DNA of 52,015 bases from a virus (Duplodnaviria; Caudoviricetes). The stretch lies in the IMG/VR virus record IMGVR_UViG_3300028920_000088, positions 1-52,015 of that record, one strand, 5' to 3'. Below, piece by piece: positions 19,201-27,999 of the stretch. Position 1 is the first letter of the stretch. Each line of letters starts with the position of its first letter. The notes beneath the pieces were generated by a model. The model did not search any database, was not told where the DNA came from, and was given only the letters and a program-made list of their open reading frames with translations. The position numbers and the translations under genes were made by a program.

Positions 19201-19353
19201 ATGGCAGATGACCTGAAGTGGGTGGACGAAGATTTTTCTAACGTGTATTCAGAGCTATCAGATCTATATGATATGTTTAACTCCTTATTGGAGAGAGTAG
19301 AGAAATTAGAAAGGTTACATGATGAAAAATTGGAATGTAAGTCGAGCGACTAA
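19201..19353 (+). CDS. Small acidic coiled-coil protein (50 aa, not in the ORF track)
   Basis: Strong SD AAAGGAGGTG, then MADDLKWVDEDFSNVYSELSDLYDMFNSLLERVEKLERLHDEKLECKSSD*. Confidence 0.6.
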   Translation: MADDLKWVDEDFSNVYSELSDLYDMFNSLLERVEKLERLHDEKLECKSSD

Positions 19354-19882
19354 ACTGAAATATGTAGTTATAGGGGCTATCGCCGGTTCCTTATTGACAC
19401 TGATGGGCCTGGCCTTCGTGGGGTGTGAGTCCTACAATCCGGCAGATGTCCGCTTCAATCAAGGTACCGCCACCCAGATGCAGGGAGTAGTCGAGAAGAT
19501 CGACGAAGAGTATAATAGGACGATGCCTGACGTGAAGGCGGTAGTAGATGAGGTTGCCTCGGAACAATACTCCGAGAACGAGGATGAAGGCCTGAATAAC
19601 CTGATACAAGCCATAAGGGCTGGTAATAGAGCTTCGGCTCCGTGGAATCCTTATGCCCCGGTGATAGAGGTCGTTATGCTGGCCGCGTCGTCGTTTGCTG
19701 CCTTGTTCTTCAGGAAGAAAGCATCGGTAGCTGAGACGAAGTATACAGCCCATAAGGTGGGAGTAGAGAAGTTCCGCAACCAGTTGGAGGCTGTGCCGCC
19801 TACTGAGACTACCTCGCTTGCTGCGGTCCGATCAGACCTGTATAAGGCTATAGGCGACGAGAGAACAGCCAGAGGCATCTAA
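19319..19882 (+). CDS. Putative lipoprotein/membrane protein
   Basis: Hydrophobic signal ending LAFVG-C (lipobox-like) and a second TM segment VIEVVMLAASSFAALFF. Confidence 0.55.
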   Translation: MMKNWNVSRATKLKYVVIGAIAGSLLTLMGLAFVGCESYNPADVRFNQGTATQMQGVVEKIDEEYNRTMPDVKAVVDEVASEQYSENEDEGLNNLIQAIRAGNRASAPWNPYAPVIEVVMLAASSFAALFFRKKASVAETKYTAHKVGVEKFRNQLEAVPPTETTSLAAVRSDLYKAIGDERTARGI

Positions 19883-19912
19883 GTACTTATTGCGTTGAAA
19901 GGAGATTACCAC

Positions 19913-20800
19913 ATGCCCCCCATTACTACATTACAGCCCAATAGCTTGCCAGCCGACTGGAAGAAGCTCGGTGCAGAGACCGGGTACCATCCAAAAGAGG
20001 CTAAGGACTTGCGGCTATGGGTAGCCGGGCTGACCGGGGAAGGAAAAAGTACGTTCACTAGGTCGATACCGGACACCTTGACGTTGGACTTCGGAGACGA
20101 GACTGGAGGTGTGTTTGAGCCTAGAGGTCCCCGTATCAACATAGAGAACTACAAACATTTTGAAGATGTCATAGAGAAACTGGTTACAGACGGGTCCAAC
20201 GGAAAACATTGGATGCACCGCGTTGTGTTCGACAATGTAGACGACTGGGCAAATATGATTATTAACGTGCTTGAAATAGAGAAAGGAGTGGAAGATATAA
20301 CAGACTTCGGCCACAAGGGCAAGGGTTACTCCCTGATCCGTAACAGATGTTGGGGCTCAATCCAGAGACTGTCAGAGGCTGGGTACATATGGTCATGTAC
20401 TGCCAACCTTATTGAGAAGCAGCAGGCTATGGGTAAGACCACTACTACTGTCATCCGTCCTGTTGTATTCCCTGGGTTTGCTTCCATGTTTGGAAGACGG
20501 GCAGACTACAAGCTGGCCATCTACTCCACCCCCAAGGTGATTAAGAAGACCAAAAAAGTAAAGCTGCCTAACGGGATGGAGATCGACCAGACTATAGGGG
20601 AAGAGACTACGACCATCTATTACTGTAACTGCCGATCAACTAATCTCCGTGAAGCCAAGTCCAGAGGAGTTCCTGGGATGCAGGAGACGTTCGAGTTGCC
20701 CTTGGTTGATGGATGGAAAGTATTCGAGAAGTTCTACAATGAGGCTAGGGACGCGGCCCTCGCCAACGGTAATAGTAATGCAAGTACAAAGGAGAATTAA
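19913..20800 (+). CDS. AAA_24/Sak4-like recombination ATPase
   Basis: Walker A GLTGEGKST and Walker B-like VVFDNVD. Lies between the exonuclease and an SSB-like gene. Confidence 0.75.
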   Translation: MPPITTLQPNSLPADWKKLGAETGYHPKEAKDLRLWVAGLTGEGKSTFTRSIPDTLTLDFGDETGGVFEPRGPRINIENYKHFEDVIEKLVTDGSNGKHWMHRVVFDNVDDWANMIINVLEIEKGVEDITDFGHKGKGYSLIRNRCWGSIQRLSEAGYIWSCTANLIEKQQAMGKTTTTVIRPVVFPGFASMFGRRADYKLAIYSTPKVIKKTKKVKLPNGMEIDQTIGEETTTIYYCNCRSTNLREAKSRGVPGMQETFELPLVDGWKVFEKFYNEARDAALANGNSNASTKEN

Positions 20801-20801
20801 T

Positions 20802-21287
20802 ATGGCAGAGAAAGAAAACCCGATGGAATTTATATCGGCATTGGCAGCATACCAGGAGGAGTTCGATCAAGCAGAGGTGTTTGATAATTGGTACCCTCCT
20901 GACAATAATTATACTGTCTCCATCACAGGCGTAAAGAAGGGCGTCACTGAGAAGGACGGAGAGCCTTTCGTGTGGTGGAAAGTAATGGCTGTAGCCCATG
21001 CCGACGATCCCGAAGTAAACAACAGGGATTTCCAAATGGCATTCTTCAGTCGAAAGACCTTCGGCATGATGAAGGGCTTCGTCCACCAGATTACTCAGAA
21101 TACCGAGAAGCGACCAATCGAAGAGTATGATAGGGACTTGGAGAATAGTGTCGGTACGATCTGCGAAGTTCGTGTTCACAGGGAGAAGAGCACGAAGACA
21201 GGTAAGATGTTTACAGCAGTAGACCTCGTCAAGGTCATCAAGATGCCTGGAGACGAGACCCCTACTACTGAGGAAGCTGCTGCGTAA
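20802..21287 (+). CDS. Single-stranded DNA-binding protein-like (DUF669-type)
   Basis: ATG after AAAGGAG. PPDNNYTVSITGV...G...V pattern with an acidic C-tail; adjacent to the Sak4-like ATPase. Confidence 0.6.
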   Translation: MAEKENPMEFISALAAYQEEFDQAEVFDNWYPPDNNYTVSITGVKKGVTEKDGEPFVWWKVMAVAHADDPEVNNRDFQMAFFSRKTFGMMKGFVHQITQNTEKRPIEEYDRDLENSVGTICEVRVHREKSTKTGKMFTAVDLVKVIKMPGDETPTTEEAAA

Positions 21288-21314
21288 CGATACATGTTAA
21301 TGGTTTTTGGGTGA

Positions 21315-21335
21315 GGGGGAGTTATGGGCTCCCCC
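21315..21335 (+). terminator. Stem-loop after the SSB-like gene
   Basis: GGGGGAG-ttatggg-CTCCCCC; no strong downstream T-tract. Confidence 0.35.
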
Positions 21336-21354
21336 CATCCGGCTAGGAGTAAGC

Positions 21355-21816
21355 ATGAGAAACTTGATATTAGTGATAGCTATATGTTTTCTTAGTGGAT
21401 GTGCAATAGGAAAAGTTGAGGGGATTTCGGCCTCCGCAGGGAGTTTTGAAAGAGGGTTGTGGTTCGATCATGATAAGCAGCAGTACCAGCCTCATGGATG
21501 GGGTATCAAGTGTGATATTGTAGCAGGACATATGATTAGACCGGTGCCTAAGTTTTGGAAGAAAGATCAGAATCCGTGGAAAGGAGATGAACCGTGGTTT
21601 GTTATCAGACTACCTATGTGTGGTCCGTTTGTAAGTGTTGCAGCAGGCCGTATTGGCGTCTATGCGGGATTGAAGACGTTTCGGGTGGAAGACCGACATC
21701 GAGTACCGGAGCGGTACGGACTCTGGATGCGAGAGAAAGAATTCCCGCCGTCACCGGAGGATACTATGTGTTACCTGCAACTGAGCGGGTCGATTAGACG
21801 GACGAGGTGGAAATGA
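21355..21816 (+). CDS. Putative lipoprotein
   Basis: MRNLILVIAICFLSG-C lipobox, with SD AGGAG. Confidence 0.6.
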   Translation: MRNLILVIAICFLSGCAIGKVEGISASAGSFERGLWFDHDKQQYQPHGWGIKCDIVAGHMIRPVPKFWKKDQNPWKGDEPWFVIRLPMCGPFVSVAAGRIGVYAGLKTFRVEDRHRVPERYGLWMREKEFPPSPEDTMCYLQLSGSIRRTRWK

Positions 21817-22250
21817 TCGATTGTAAAGTGTGGGATCATGTTTATGGTGGAGGTAAGTATTATAGGATGTATCGAGTTTTCGGACGGGGAAGAAGTGTAA
21901 ACGTACAGAAGATTCAATTTGCAGGTCTCGTAGGAGACCCCCCTCGGCCAGTATTGACATTTGGGAGGCCCAAGGACATAGATACGGTACTGGCTATAGA
22001 TTTACTGAAAACGACTATCGCAGGAGAGCGTGTCAAGTGGCTGGATGCAGTCAAGGCCTATAGGCTCGGGACTGGTATGAAATACTATATTCCTGGCAGC
22101 TTGATACCCTTCATTGGGGAACCTCCGAAGTACGCATACTTGTGTATGGTACAAACCTGCATTGGAGCAGTAGGGTTGCCCTCGTTAGTCCTCGATACAG
22201 AAGGGAAATACCCTCTATCATGGAAAAAATCTCCCCCCTCAAAACTGTAA
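21813..22250 (+). CDS. Hypothetical protein
   Basis: ATGA overlap with the upstream stop; SD GAGGTG. Confidence 0.55.
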   Translation: MIDCKVWDHVYGGGKYYRMYRVFGRGRSVNVQKIQFAGLVGDPPRPVLTFGRPKDIDTVLAIDLLKTTIAGERVKWLDAVKAYRLGTGMKYYIPGSLIPFIGEPPKYAYLCMVQTCIGAVGLPSLVLDTEGKYPLSWKKSPPSKL

Positions 22251-23413
22251 AGAATAAGTTCCAAGACATCCTTCAATTCACCGACGATGATAAGTGGCTA
22301 TTTGACATTGTGCCAAGTATCATGTTGGCTACTATGCACGAGAATATGATGTCCCCCATCTGGATGTATATTATAGGGCCTCCAGGAAGTGGAAAAACAG
22401 AATCAATCTCCCCTTATAGTGTGCTACCTAATACCATGTTTGTCAGTACTATGACCGAGAATACATTGGCTAGTGGGTATAGGGACGATAAAAAGAAAGA
22501 AGACCCCTCTTTACTGCTCAAACTAGACAAAAAAGTCTTGGTTGTAAAAGATATTAGCTGTCTTATCAATGACAGTAAGGAGAAGGTTACGAAAATCTGG
22601 GGCGACCTTCGAGATGCCTACGACGGATGTTTCTCTAAAAGTTCTGGCACCCAAGGTCTTGTAGAATATAAAGCCCGATTCGGATGTATCATGTGTGCAA
22701 CTGGCTCAATAGATACCTTCAATGAGTCACACCAGCAGTTGGGTGAACGGTTCCTTGCGTTCCGTATACATCGTAGGATTATGACTGTAAGAGAAGCATC
22801 AAAGTATGCTCATCGAATATTCAAATCCATAAAGAACAAAGCTGCTTGGAGAAAGGAACTTGAAACAGTCGTCTATGACCAGGTAATTAACGCATATAAC
22901 TGGCTCAAGAAGAATCCTGGACTACCGGACGTAGCAACTAAGTATGAGAACGAAATTTGCGACCTTTCAGCTATAGTAGCCATACTTAGGACCTCGCCTA
23001 TAGGCTTTAAGGCAGAGCAACCGGAACTACCTTCACGACTAATGTTGCAACTAACTGGATTGGGGCAGGCCCATGCCCTTATCGATGGAAGAACAGAATG
23101 GAACGATGAGGATACTGCCCTTATCAAGAGAGTGGCTTTGGATACCTTCCCTATCGACAAACGTAGACTTCTGCAAGTACTGTACAGACGCGGGAAGAAT
23201 CGACCATTTTCCAATCTCAGATACCTGACAACTTCGAGTAAGATGGACGATACTAATGTCTCCAAGACTCTAATGCAGTGGGATTACCTAAAGGCCGTTG
23301 AGCCTGACAAGAACGAGGAGGGAAAGGTTGTAGGTTACAAGTTAAGCAAAGAAATGTATGATATCCTAGATGAAATACAGTTTTTCACAGGGGATCATAT
23401 GCCACCCAAATAG
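22220..23413 (+). CDS. AAA+ ATPase, probable replicative helicase (MCM/SF3-like)
   Basis: Walker A IIGPPGSGKTE, Walker B-like VLVVKD, LRDAYDG and LGERF (arginine finger-like), with a C-terminal wHTH-like tail. Confidence 0.7.
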   Translation: MEKISPLKTVKNKFQDILQFTDDDKWLFDIVPSIMLATMHENMMSPIWMYIIGPPGSGKTESISPYSVLPNTMFVSTMTENTLASGYRDDKKKEDPSLLLKLDKKVLVVKDISCLINDSKEKVTKIWGDLRDAYDGCFSKSSGTQGLVEYKARFGCIMCATGSIDTFNESHQQLGERFLAFRIHRRIMTVREASKYAHRIFKSIKNKAAWRKELETVVYDQVINAYNWLKKNPGLPDVATKYENEICDLSAIVAILRTSPIGFKAEQPELPSRLMLQLTGLGQAHALIDGRTEWNDEDTALIKRVALDTFPIDKRRLLQVLYRRGKNRPFSNLRYLTTSSKMDDTNVSKTLMQWDYLKAVEPDKNEEGKVVGYKLSKEMYDILDEIQFFTGDHMPPK

Positions 23414-23429
23414 CAGAAAGGAAAGAAGA

Positions 23430-23897
23430 ATGATAGTGGACATCTCAAATCTGGTTAACAATTATGAACGTCAAGTAAGTAAGTTAATGGATCATAAACG
23501 AACGCAGGTGCCATTACATGTACTACATGCAGTATTGGCCCTTAATTCAGAGGCTGGAGAGCTAGCTAACGCCTACATAAGGCACCTCGGGTATAACGAG
23601 ATGCTCGACATAGACAACGTATATGAAGAGCTAGGAGACCTCCTATTCTTTATTACCTACTTAGCAAATTATTATGGAGGCTCTTTGGATCGTTTGATTG
23701 TTGCCAACTCTGCGAAGCTGAAGAAACGATACCCACACGGATATTGGACCCCTAAGGCCGCAAAGGAGCGTGCCGATAAGGCCTCCGCAGGGGGTGAGTC
23801 ATCGCCAGAGCCAGCCTCCGATTTAGACCATTTGATGTCCTTTGTTATTTCTGACCTGTTTCCGTCGATACGAAGGGAGATTGAAAATGGAAAGTAA
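23430..23897 (+). CDS. MazG-like NTP pyrophosphohydrolase
   Basis: LNSEAGELAN...EELGDLLFFI...N.AKLKKRYP.G signature. Confidence 0.85.
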   Translation: MIVDISNLVNNYERQVSKLMDHKRTQVPLHVLHAVLALNSEAGELANAYIRHLGYNEMLDIDNVYEELGDLLFFITYLANYYGGSLDRLIVANSAKLKKRYPHGYWTPKAAKERADKASAGGESSPEPASDLDHLMSFVISDLFPSIRREIENGK

Positions 23898-24531
23898 GAA
23901 GAAAGCGATTATTGCAACGTGGGGCGGGGGCAGTTTCGACTGCCTCAACCCTTCCCCCGACGACGTGGATATTGAGGACATAGCCAAATCGTTAAGTTGC
24001 ATCTGTCGCTATACTGGACACGTAAATGGATTCTACTCGGTGGCACAACATAGTGTACTGATGTCTAGGGTTCCGGAATTCGATAATAATGGGACATGTC
24101 TACAACGGCTCCTCCACGACTCTGCGGAGGCCTATATTGGGGATATCCATAGTCCACTAAAGAGTCACTTATGCCTGATTCATAACCATGGTACTCTTAT
24201 TCAGAGAACTAAGGCGTGGAGACAACCGTCGGTGGAAACGAAGATTTTGAAGGCTATCGGGGAAAAATTTGGAGTAGATATTGTAGGGGGGCTCGATGCC
24301 GTAAAGGAAGCGGACAACCGCATGATGGCTACCGAAGTACGGGACCTGATAAGTGAGAAGGGCCAAAAGTTATTCGGTCCGTGGTTGGAAGGGTTCCCCC
24401 CGTTGCCTCATCTTATAATCCAACCGTGGACGTGGCAAGAAAGTTACAGGGAATTTCTGTACACCTACAATATACTGAAAGGATTGGAAAATGAACACAA
24501 GCATAAGAATGAAGAAAGAGTTGTGGCCTAA
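23887..24531 (+). CDS. HD-domain 5'-deoxynucleotidase (YfbR/YfdR-like)
   Basis: IEDIAKSLSCICRYTGH, YSVAQHS, LLHDSAEAYIGDI and KEADNRM motifs. Confidence 0.85.
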   Translation: MESKKKAIIATWGGGSFDCLNPSPDDVDIEDIAKSLSCICRYTGHVNGFYSVAQHSVLMSRVPEFDNNGTCLQRLLHDSAEAYIGDIHSPLKSHLCLIHNHGTLIQRTKAWRQPSVETKILKAIGEKFGVDIVGGLDAVKEADNRMMATEVRDLISEKGQKLFGPWLEGFPPLPHLIIQPWTWQESYREFLYTYNILKGLENEHKHKNEERVVA

Positions 24532-24832
24532 ATTCGCTAAGGCCTGTGAATCGCAATGGAATTGTGGCGGAGATCGATATAGGCTGTCCGAGGACAAGGA
24601 GTTTACGGATTTAGTTTGCGAGGCAGCCGGAAATGAGTGGATCGCCGGGAACATAATCAAGTATGTTGGAGAGACCATTAATACGGAACCCAAGCCGGAA
24701 GTGAACTTCTTCAAGATAGCAGTGTATGCGTTCATCTGGTGGCTAAAAGAACAGGAGAACCTAACCCGAAGAGATAAAGGGGAGGAATATATCCATGCAG
24801 AAGCCGAAGAAGACAGTCCTAGCTGTAGGTGA
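24491..24832 (+). CDS. DUF3310-like nucleotide-metabolism protein
   Basis: GNIIKYV...FFKIAVYA resembles the DUF3310 (T7 gp1.7-like) pattern; located in the nucleotide cluster. Confidence 0.45.
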   Translation: MNTSIRMKKELWPKFAKACESQWNCGGDRYRLSEDKEFTDLVCEAAGNEWIAGNIIKYVGETINTEPKPEVNFFKIAVYAFIWWLKEQENLTRRDKGEEYIHAEAEEDSPSCR

Positions 24833-25490
24833 TATACATGCTCCAGTGGATCACCCGAAATATCTCAAGTTCTGTAAAGACCTGTATGATGAGTATGATT
24901 GTAATGAGGTAGTGTTGATTGGCGACGTGGTTGATTGGCACGCTATCTCCTTTCATACCAAGCATCCAGAATGTCCGGGGCCCAGAGATGAATATCTGCT
25001 TGCAAAAAAGAGAATACGAAAGTGGCATACTGCATTCCCAAAAGCTAAGGTTTGTATCGGGAACCACGACGCTCGACCAATGCGGCTCGCGGAACCCCAA
25101 GGAATACCAGAAGAGTTCCTCAAGGACTACAATACTCTTTGGGGGACTCCTGGTTGGGAATGGGACTATGAATTCATCATCGACGGTGTATACTATTTCC
25201 ATGGAACTGCCCGTGGTGGTGTACACCCAGCGTACAACGCTATGAAAGATATGCTGATGTCGGTGGTGATGGGACATGTCCATACGGCTGCTGGAATCAA
25301 GTGGTTGGCAAATCCACAACAAAGGACGTTCGGTATGGATGTCGGATGCGGTATTGATATTGAAGCCTTTCAGTTCGCATACGGCAAACATATGAGGAAG
25401 CGTCCAATTCTGGCGGCTGGTATAGTCAAGAAAGGTATTCCGTACCACGAGATAATGCCTATGTCTTTGGGGGAAAGGTATCACAAATGA
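24795..25490 (+). CDS. Calcineurin-like metallophosphoesterase
   Basis: GDIH, GDVVD, GNHD, FHG and GHVH motifs. Confidence 0.9.
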   Translation: MQKPKKTVLAVGDIHAPVDHPKYLKFCKDLYDEYDCNEVVLIGDVVDWHAISFHTKHPECPGPRDEYLLAKKRIRKWHTAFPKAKVCIGNHDARPMRLAEPQGIPEEFLKDYNTLWGTPGWEWDYEFIIDGVYYFHGTARGGVHPAYNAMKDMLMSVVMGHVHTAAGIKWLANPQQRTFGMDVGCGIDIEAFQFAYGKHMRKRPILAAGIVKKGIPYHEIMPMSLGERYHK

Positions 25491-25708
25491 TAGAAACAAT
25501 ATTTTCAATAGTGGGGACCCTCTCCCTCTTTACCGGATTGGCCCTGATAGCACATAAGAAAGCTGCTGGTCATGTATTCATGATGTTTACAGCGTCTACC
25601 TACTGTGGAATCATGATAGCGAACGACCTCCCGCTCCTAGCGGCTAAGGACGCAATCTGCGGGTTAATAGCCGTATATTCGTATTTCAAATGGAGCATAA
25701 TCGGCTAG
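25487..25708 (+). CDS. Small membrane protein (about 3 TM, PnuC-like fragment)
   Basis: 73 aa, highly hydrophobic, ending in YSYFKW. Confidence 0.55.
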   Translation: MIETIFSIVGTLSLFTGLALIAHKKAAGHVFMMFTASTYCGIMIANDLPLLAAKDAICGLIAVYSYFKWSIIG

Positions 25709-25736
25709 ATTAAATCGACGTTTAACCCTTTCTGGC

Positions 25737-25773
25737 ACCCTCGGTATGGGTAATTCCTGCCGGGGGTTTTTTT
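25737..25773 (+). terminator. Intrinsic terminator ending the replication module
   Basis: ACCCTCGGTA...TGCCGGGGGT stem followed by a T run. Confidence 0.7.
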
Positions 25774-25868
25774 ATTTCCTGCGGAGGCCAAGCGAGTGAA
25801 ATTTCAACCATTAGGCCCGAAAAATTTGGCTTGCGAGTTTGGCGTCACCACGGGGGGTCGTGACTCAA

Positions 25869-25929
25869 GAAAAAGTTTCAAAAAAATTCAAAAAAAATTC
25901 TCGACGTCTGGATCGCCTCGCGATACAAT
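25869..25929 (+). promoter_or_regulatory. Probable early promoter with phased A-tracts
   Basis: A5/A7/A8 tracts at 10-bp period, then TCGACG (25901-25906), 17 bp, TACAAT (25924-25929). Confidence 0.6.
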
Positions 25930-26004
25930 GCCATCGGCGAATCGCCCCTATGGGCTGGTGATAAGAGTCCAGGATATATATTATTTACAGAAAGGAAGAA
26001 GATT

Positions 26005-26337
26005 ATGTCCAATAAAGTCCAATCCATACAAGAAGCAGTACAAAAAGCCACACAGAAGGCACAGTATGCGGCACAGAAAGCATGGAATGCAGCATGGGAA
26101 GCACGGAAAGTCTCAGAGGAAGCATTGAAAGTATGTGAAGCCTTAGAGAAAGCATGGGAAGAATGGGAAGTTTCAGATGAAGTATGGAAAGAATGGGAAA
26201 TCACAGATGAAGTATGGGAAGCATGTGACGCCTTAGAAGAAGCACAGGAATCATGTGGAGACTTAGAGGAAGCATGGAAAGCGGTACGGACAGTAGCACA
26301 GAAAGTATGTGAAGTACATAAAGCAACAAACAACTAG
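26005..26337 (+). CDS. Acidic, Trp-rich repeat protein (first gene of the early unit)
   Basis: 110 aa, SD AAAGGA, roughly 10-aa repeats (KAWEEWEVSD/EVWKEWEITD/EVWEACDALE). Confidence 0.65.
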   Translation: MSNKVQSIQEAVQKATQKAQYAAQKAWNAAWEARKVSEEALKVCEALEKAWEEWEVSDEVWKEWEITDEVWEACDALEEAQESCGDLEEAWKAVRTVAQKVCEVHKATNN

Positions 26338-26361
26338 TTACAACTAATCAAGGTGGTGTCT

Positions 26362-26937
26362 ATGATAGCTCCAGTTAAGACAGTTAAGAAGAAAGTCAAG
26401 AAAAAGGTCAAGAAAGTTAAGAAAGTCAAGAAGAAAGTCCCAGCTAAGGAGTCAATCCCCAAAGAGTTATTGGCCGACCATCTGGTCCCAATGCCGGACT
26501 CTCTCCTGCGGATGGTGGAACTACATATCACGGCAATACACGACTTCCATGATTGGCAGGAGAAGAAGGATCCTGTTGGTCAGTGTGTATTGTTCCGGTC
26601 AATGGTGGCACTGCTCAACCTGATATCGTACTCTATTAGGTTCCACAATATTCCCCATGACCCGAAGGAGGAAGCCATAGTGGTTGGTAAATGTGCCTGT
26701 TATAGTCCCTTCCACAATCAGATATTAGGGTATTGCCTACGACCTTTCATCAGGCTTGGGAGTCTGAAGGGAGAAAAGAATATATGGAGATGTGCATGCT
26801 GTTATAGGGGGTATTCACGGAAGCCCACCAGAGATAAGATGCCTGTTACAGCTATGAAATATTCGGGTAAACCAGTTAGGGAGTGGTACGAGTCCCACAA
26901 GAATGAATGGTCGTTTCTGAATAAGATAAGGGGATAG
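26362..26937 (+). CDS. Hypothetical protein with a Lys-rich N-terminal repeat and Cys cluster
   Basis: VKKKVKKKVKKVKKVKKKV tract with CAC...C...CACC; SD AAGGTGG. Confidence 0.6.
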   Translation: MIAPVKTVKKKVKKKVKKVKKVKKKVPAKESIPKELLADHLVPMPDSLLRMVELHITAIHDFHDWQEKKDPVGQCVLFRSMVALLNLISYSIRFHNIPHDPKEEAIVVGKCACYSPFHNQILGYCLRPFIRLGSLKGEKNIWRCACCYRGYSRKPTRDKMPVTAMKYSGKPVREWYESHKNEWSFLNKIRG

Positions 26938-26941
26938 TATC

Positions 26942-27154
26942 ATGAGAACTAATCATATGATTAGAATTGTTGCTAGAGTCGGGAAGCCTGCTCCTAAGTT
27001 TGACTATCTCCATAAGGATAGTGGGTTCATGTATACGGCAGAGGAAGTCAAGGAACAGGGACCCAATAGCAAGGCAGTAGAGGAAATAGGAGCATTCAGG
27101 TCATGCTTCAACAAGAATTTGGTAGTAGAGGCTGATATACATAGAAAGAGATAA
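26942..27154 (+). CDS. Hypothetical protein
   Basis: 70 aa in a tightly packed + strand run. Confidence 0.55.
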   Translation: MRTNHMIRIVARVGKPAPKFDYLHKDSGFMYTAEEVKEQGPNSKAVEEIGAFRSCFNKNLVVEADIHRKR

Positions 27155-27180
27155 AGAAAGGGAAAAAGAAAGGGAAGATC

Positions 27181-27390
27181 ATGAGACATTTATGTGAAAT
27201 TACAACTGAGGATACTAGTATTCTGGTCATGGGCGATACAAGAGAGGCCACAGAAGATAGGGCCTATGCGATTTGTGAGTTTCTCCAACCTTTGTGTCAG
27301 TCAGAGGTTACCTTTTCTGGATCTAAAAGTACCTATTACAAGCTATATCCACAAGTAAAGAAAGGAGGTGTCAATAGTACGTCGAACTAA
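27181..27390 (+). CDS. Hypothetical protein
   Basis: 69 aa with a purine-rich SD. Confidence 0.55.
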   Translation: MRHLCEITTEDTSILVMGDTREATEDRAYAICEFLQPLCQSEVTFSGSKSTYYKLYPQVKKGGVNSTSN

Positions 27391-27721
27391 CGGGGACAGT
27401 ATGGGATTGACCCCCTTTTTGAGGACGTACAAGATGAGCATAAATGTGTTAGGGGTATTGTGTAGTTTCCTATGTCAAGAACCTGACTCATACAAGACTA
27501 TCAGGACTGATGGAAGAGTCTTAGTCAGTAATGGGGCCCAAATAGGAGAGTGGAGAATTGGAGAAGCAAGGCCTGTAGTTGTAGAGACTATAAAGAAACG
27601 TAGAATAAAGACAACTTGGCCTTCTGATCCAGCTCTTGGTTACTCTCAGGCAGAACGACATAGGAAAATGGTGTTACAGCTTATACAGTGTAATATCCAG
27701 AACAAAATGAATTTGAATTGA
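27368..27721 (+). CDS. Hypothetical protein
   Basis: 117 aa ORF filling the gap before the Ubl gene; start uncertain. Confidence 0.45.
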   Translation: MSIVRRTNGDSMGLTPFLRTYKMSINVLGVLCSFLCQEPDSYKTIRTDGRVLVSNGAQIGEWRIGEARPVVVETIKKRRIKTTWPSDPALGYSQAERHRKMVLQLIQCNIQNKMNLN

Positions 27722-27759
27722 TTTTTGATTTAATCACAACAACAGAAAGGACGTGTTTC

Positions 27760-27984
27760 ATGAGAGTTTCTTTTTCAAACAATGAGAGTGGAGCTGCAAC
27801 CAAGAGGCTGGAGGTCCCCAATGGGACTACTGTCTCTCAATTAGTCAGACGGAATATGCCCCACTTCAACGGTGGTCGACATCAGGTACGGGTGAATAGG
27901 GAGATGGCAGCTCCTGAAGACATCCTGGAAGACGGCGATGCAGTAACTGTCCTTCCCAACAAGGTAGGAGGAGGTAACTGCTAA
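27760..27984 (+). CDS. Ubiquitin-like beta-grasp protein (ThiS/MoaD/Ubl family)
   Basis: 74 aa from ATG 27760 (SD GAAAGGA): ...LEVPNGTTVSQL...VRVNRE...ILEDGDAVTVLPNKVGGGNC. This is a beta-grasp pattern with a near-terminal Gly-Gly. Confidence 0.88.
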   Translation: MRVSFSNNESGAATKRLEVPNGTTVSQLVRRNMPHFNGGRHQVRVNREMAAPEDILEDGDAVTVLPNKVGGGNC

Positions 27985-27999
27985 GTAACTGCATAAAAC

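Noticed and set aside
23430-24832. Z-genome (2-aminoadenine) cluster
   Set aside because: MazG and HD genes are present, but no PurZ/adenylosuccinate-synthetase homolog is seen in the window.
25796-26128. 110-aa + ORF, and similarly 12784-13014
   Set aside because: They run through promoter/A-tract DNA and overlap better-supported genes in another frame.
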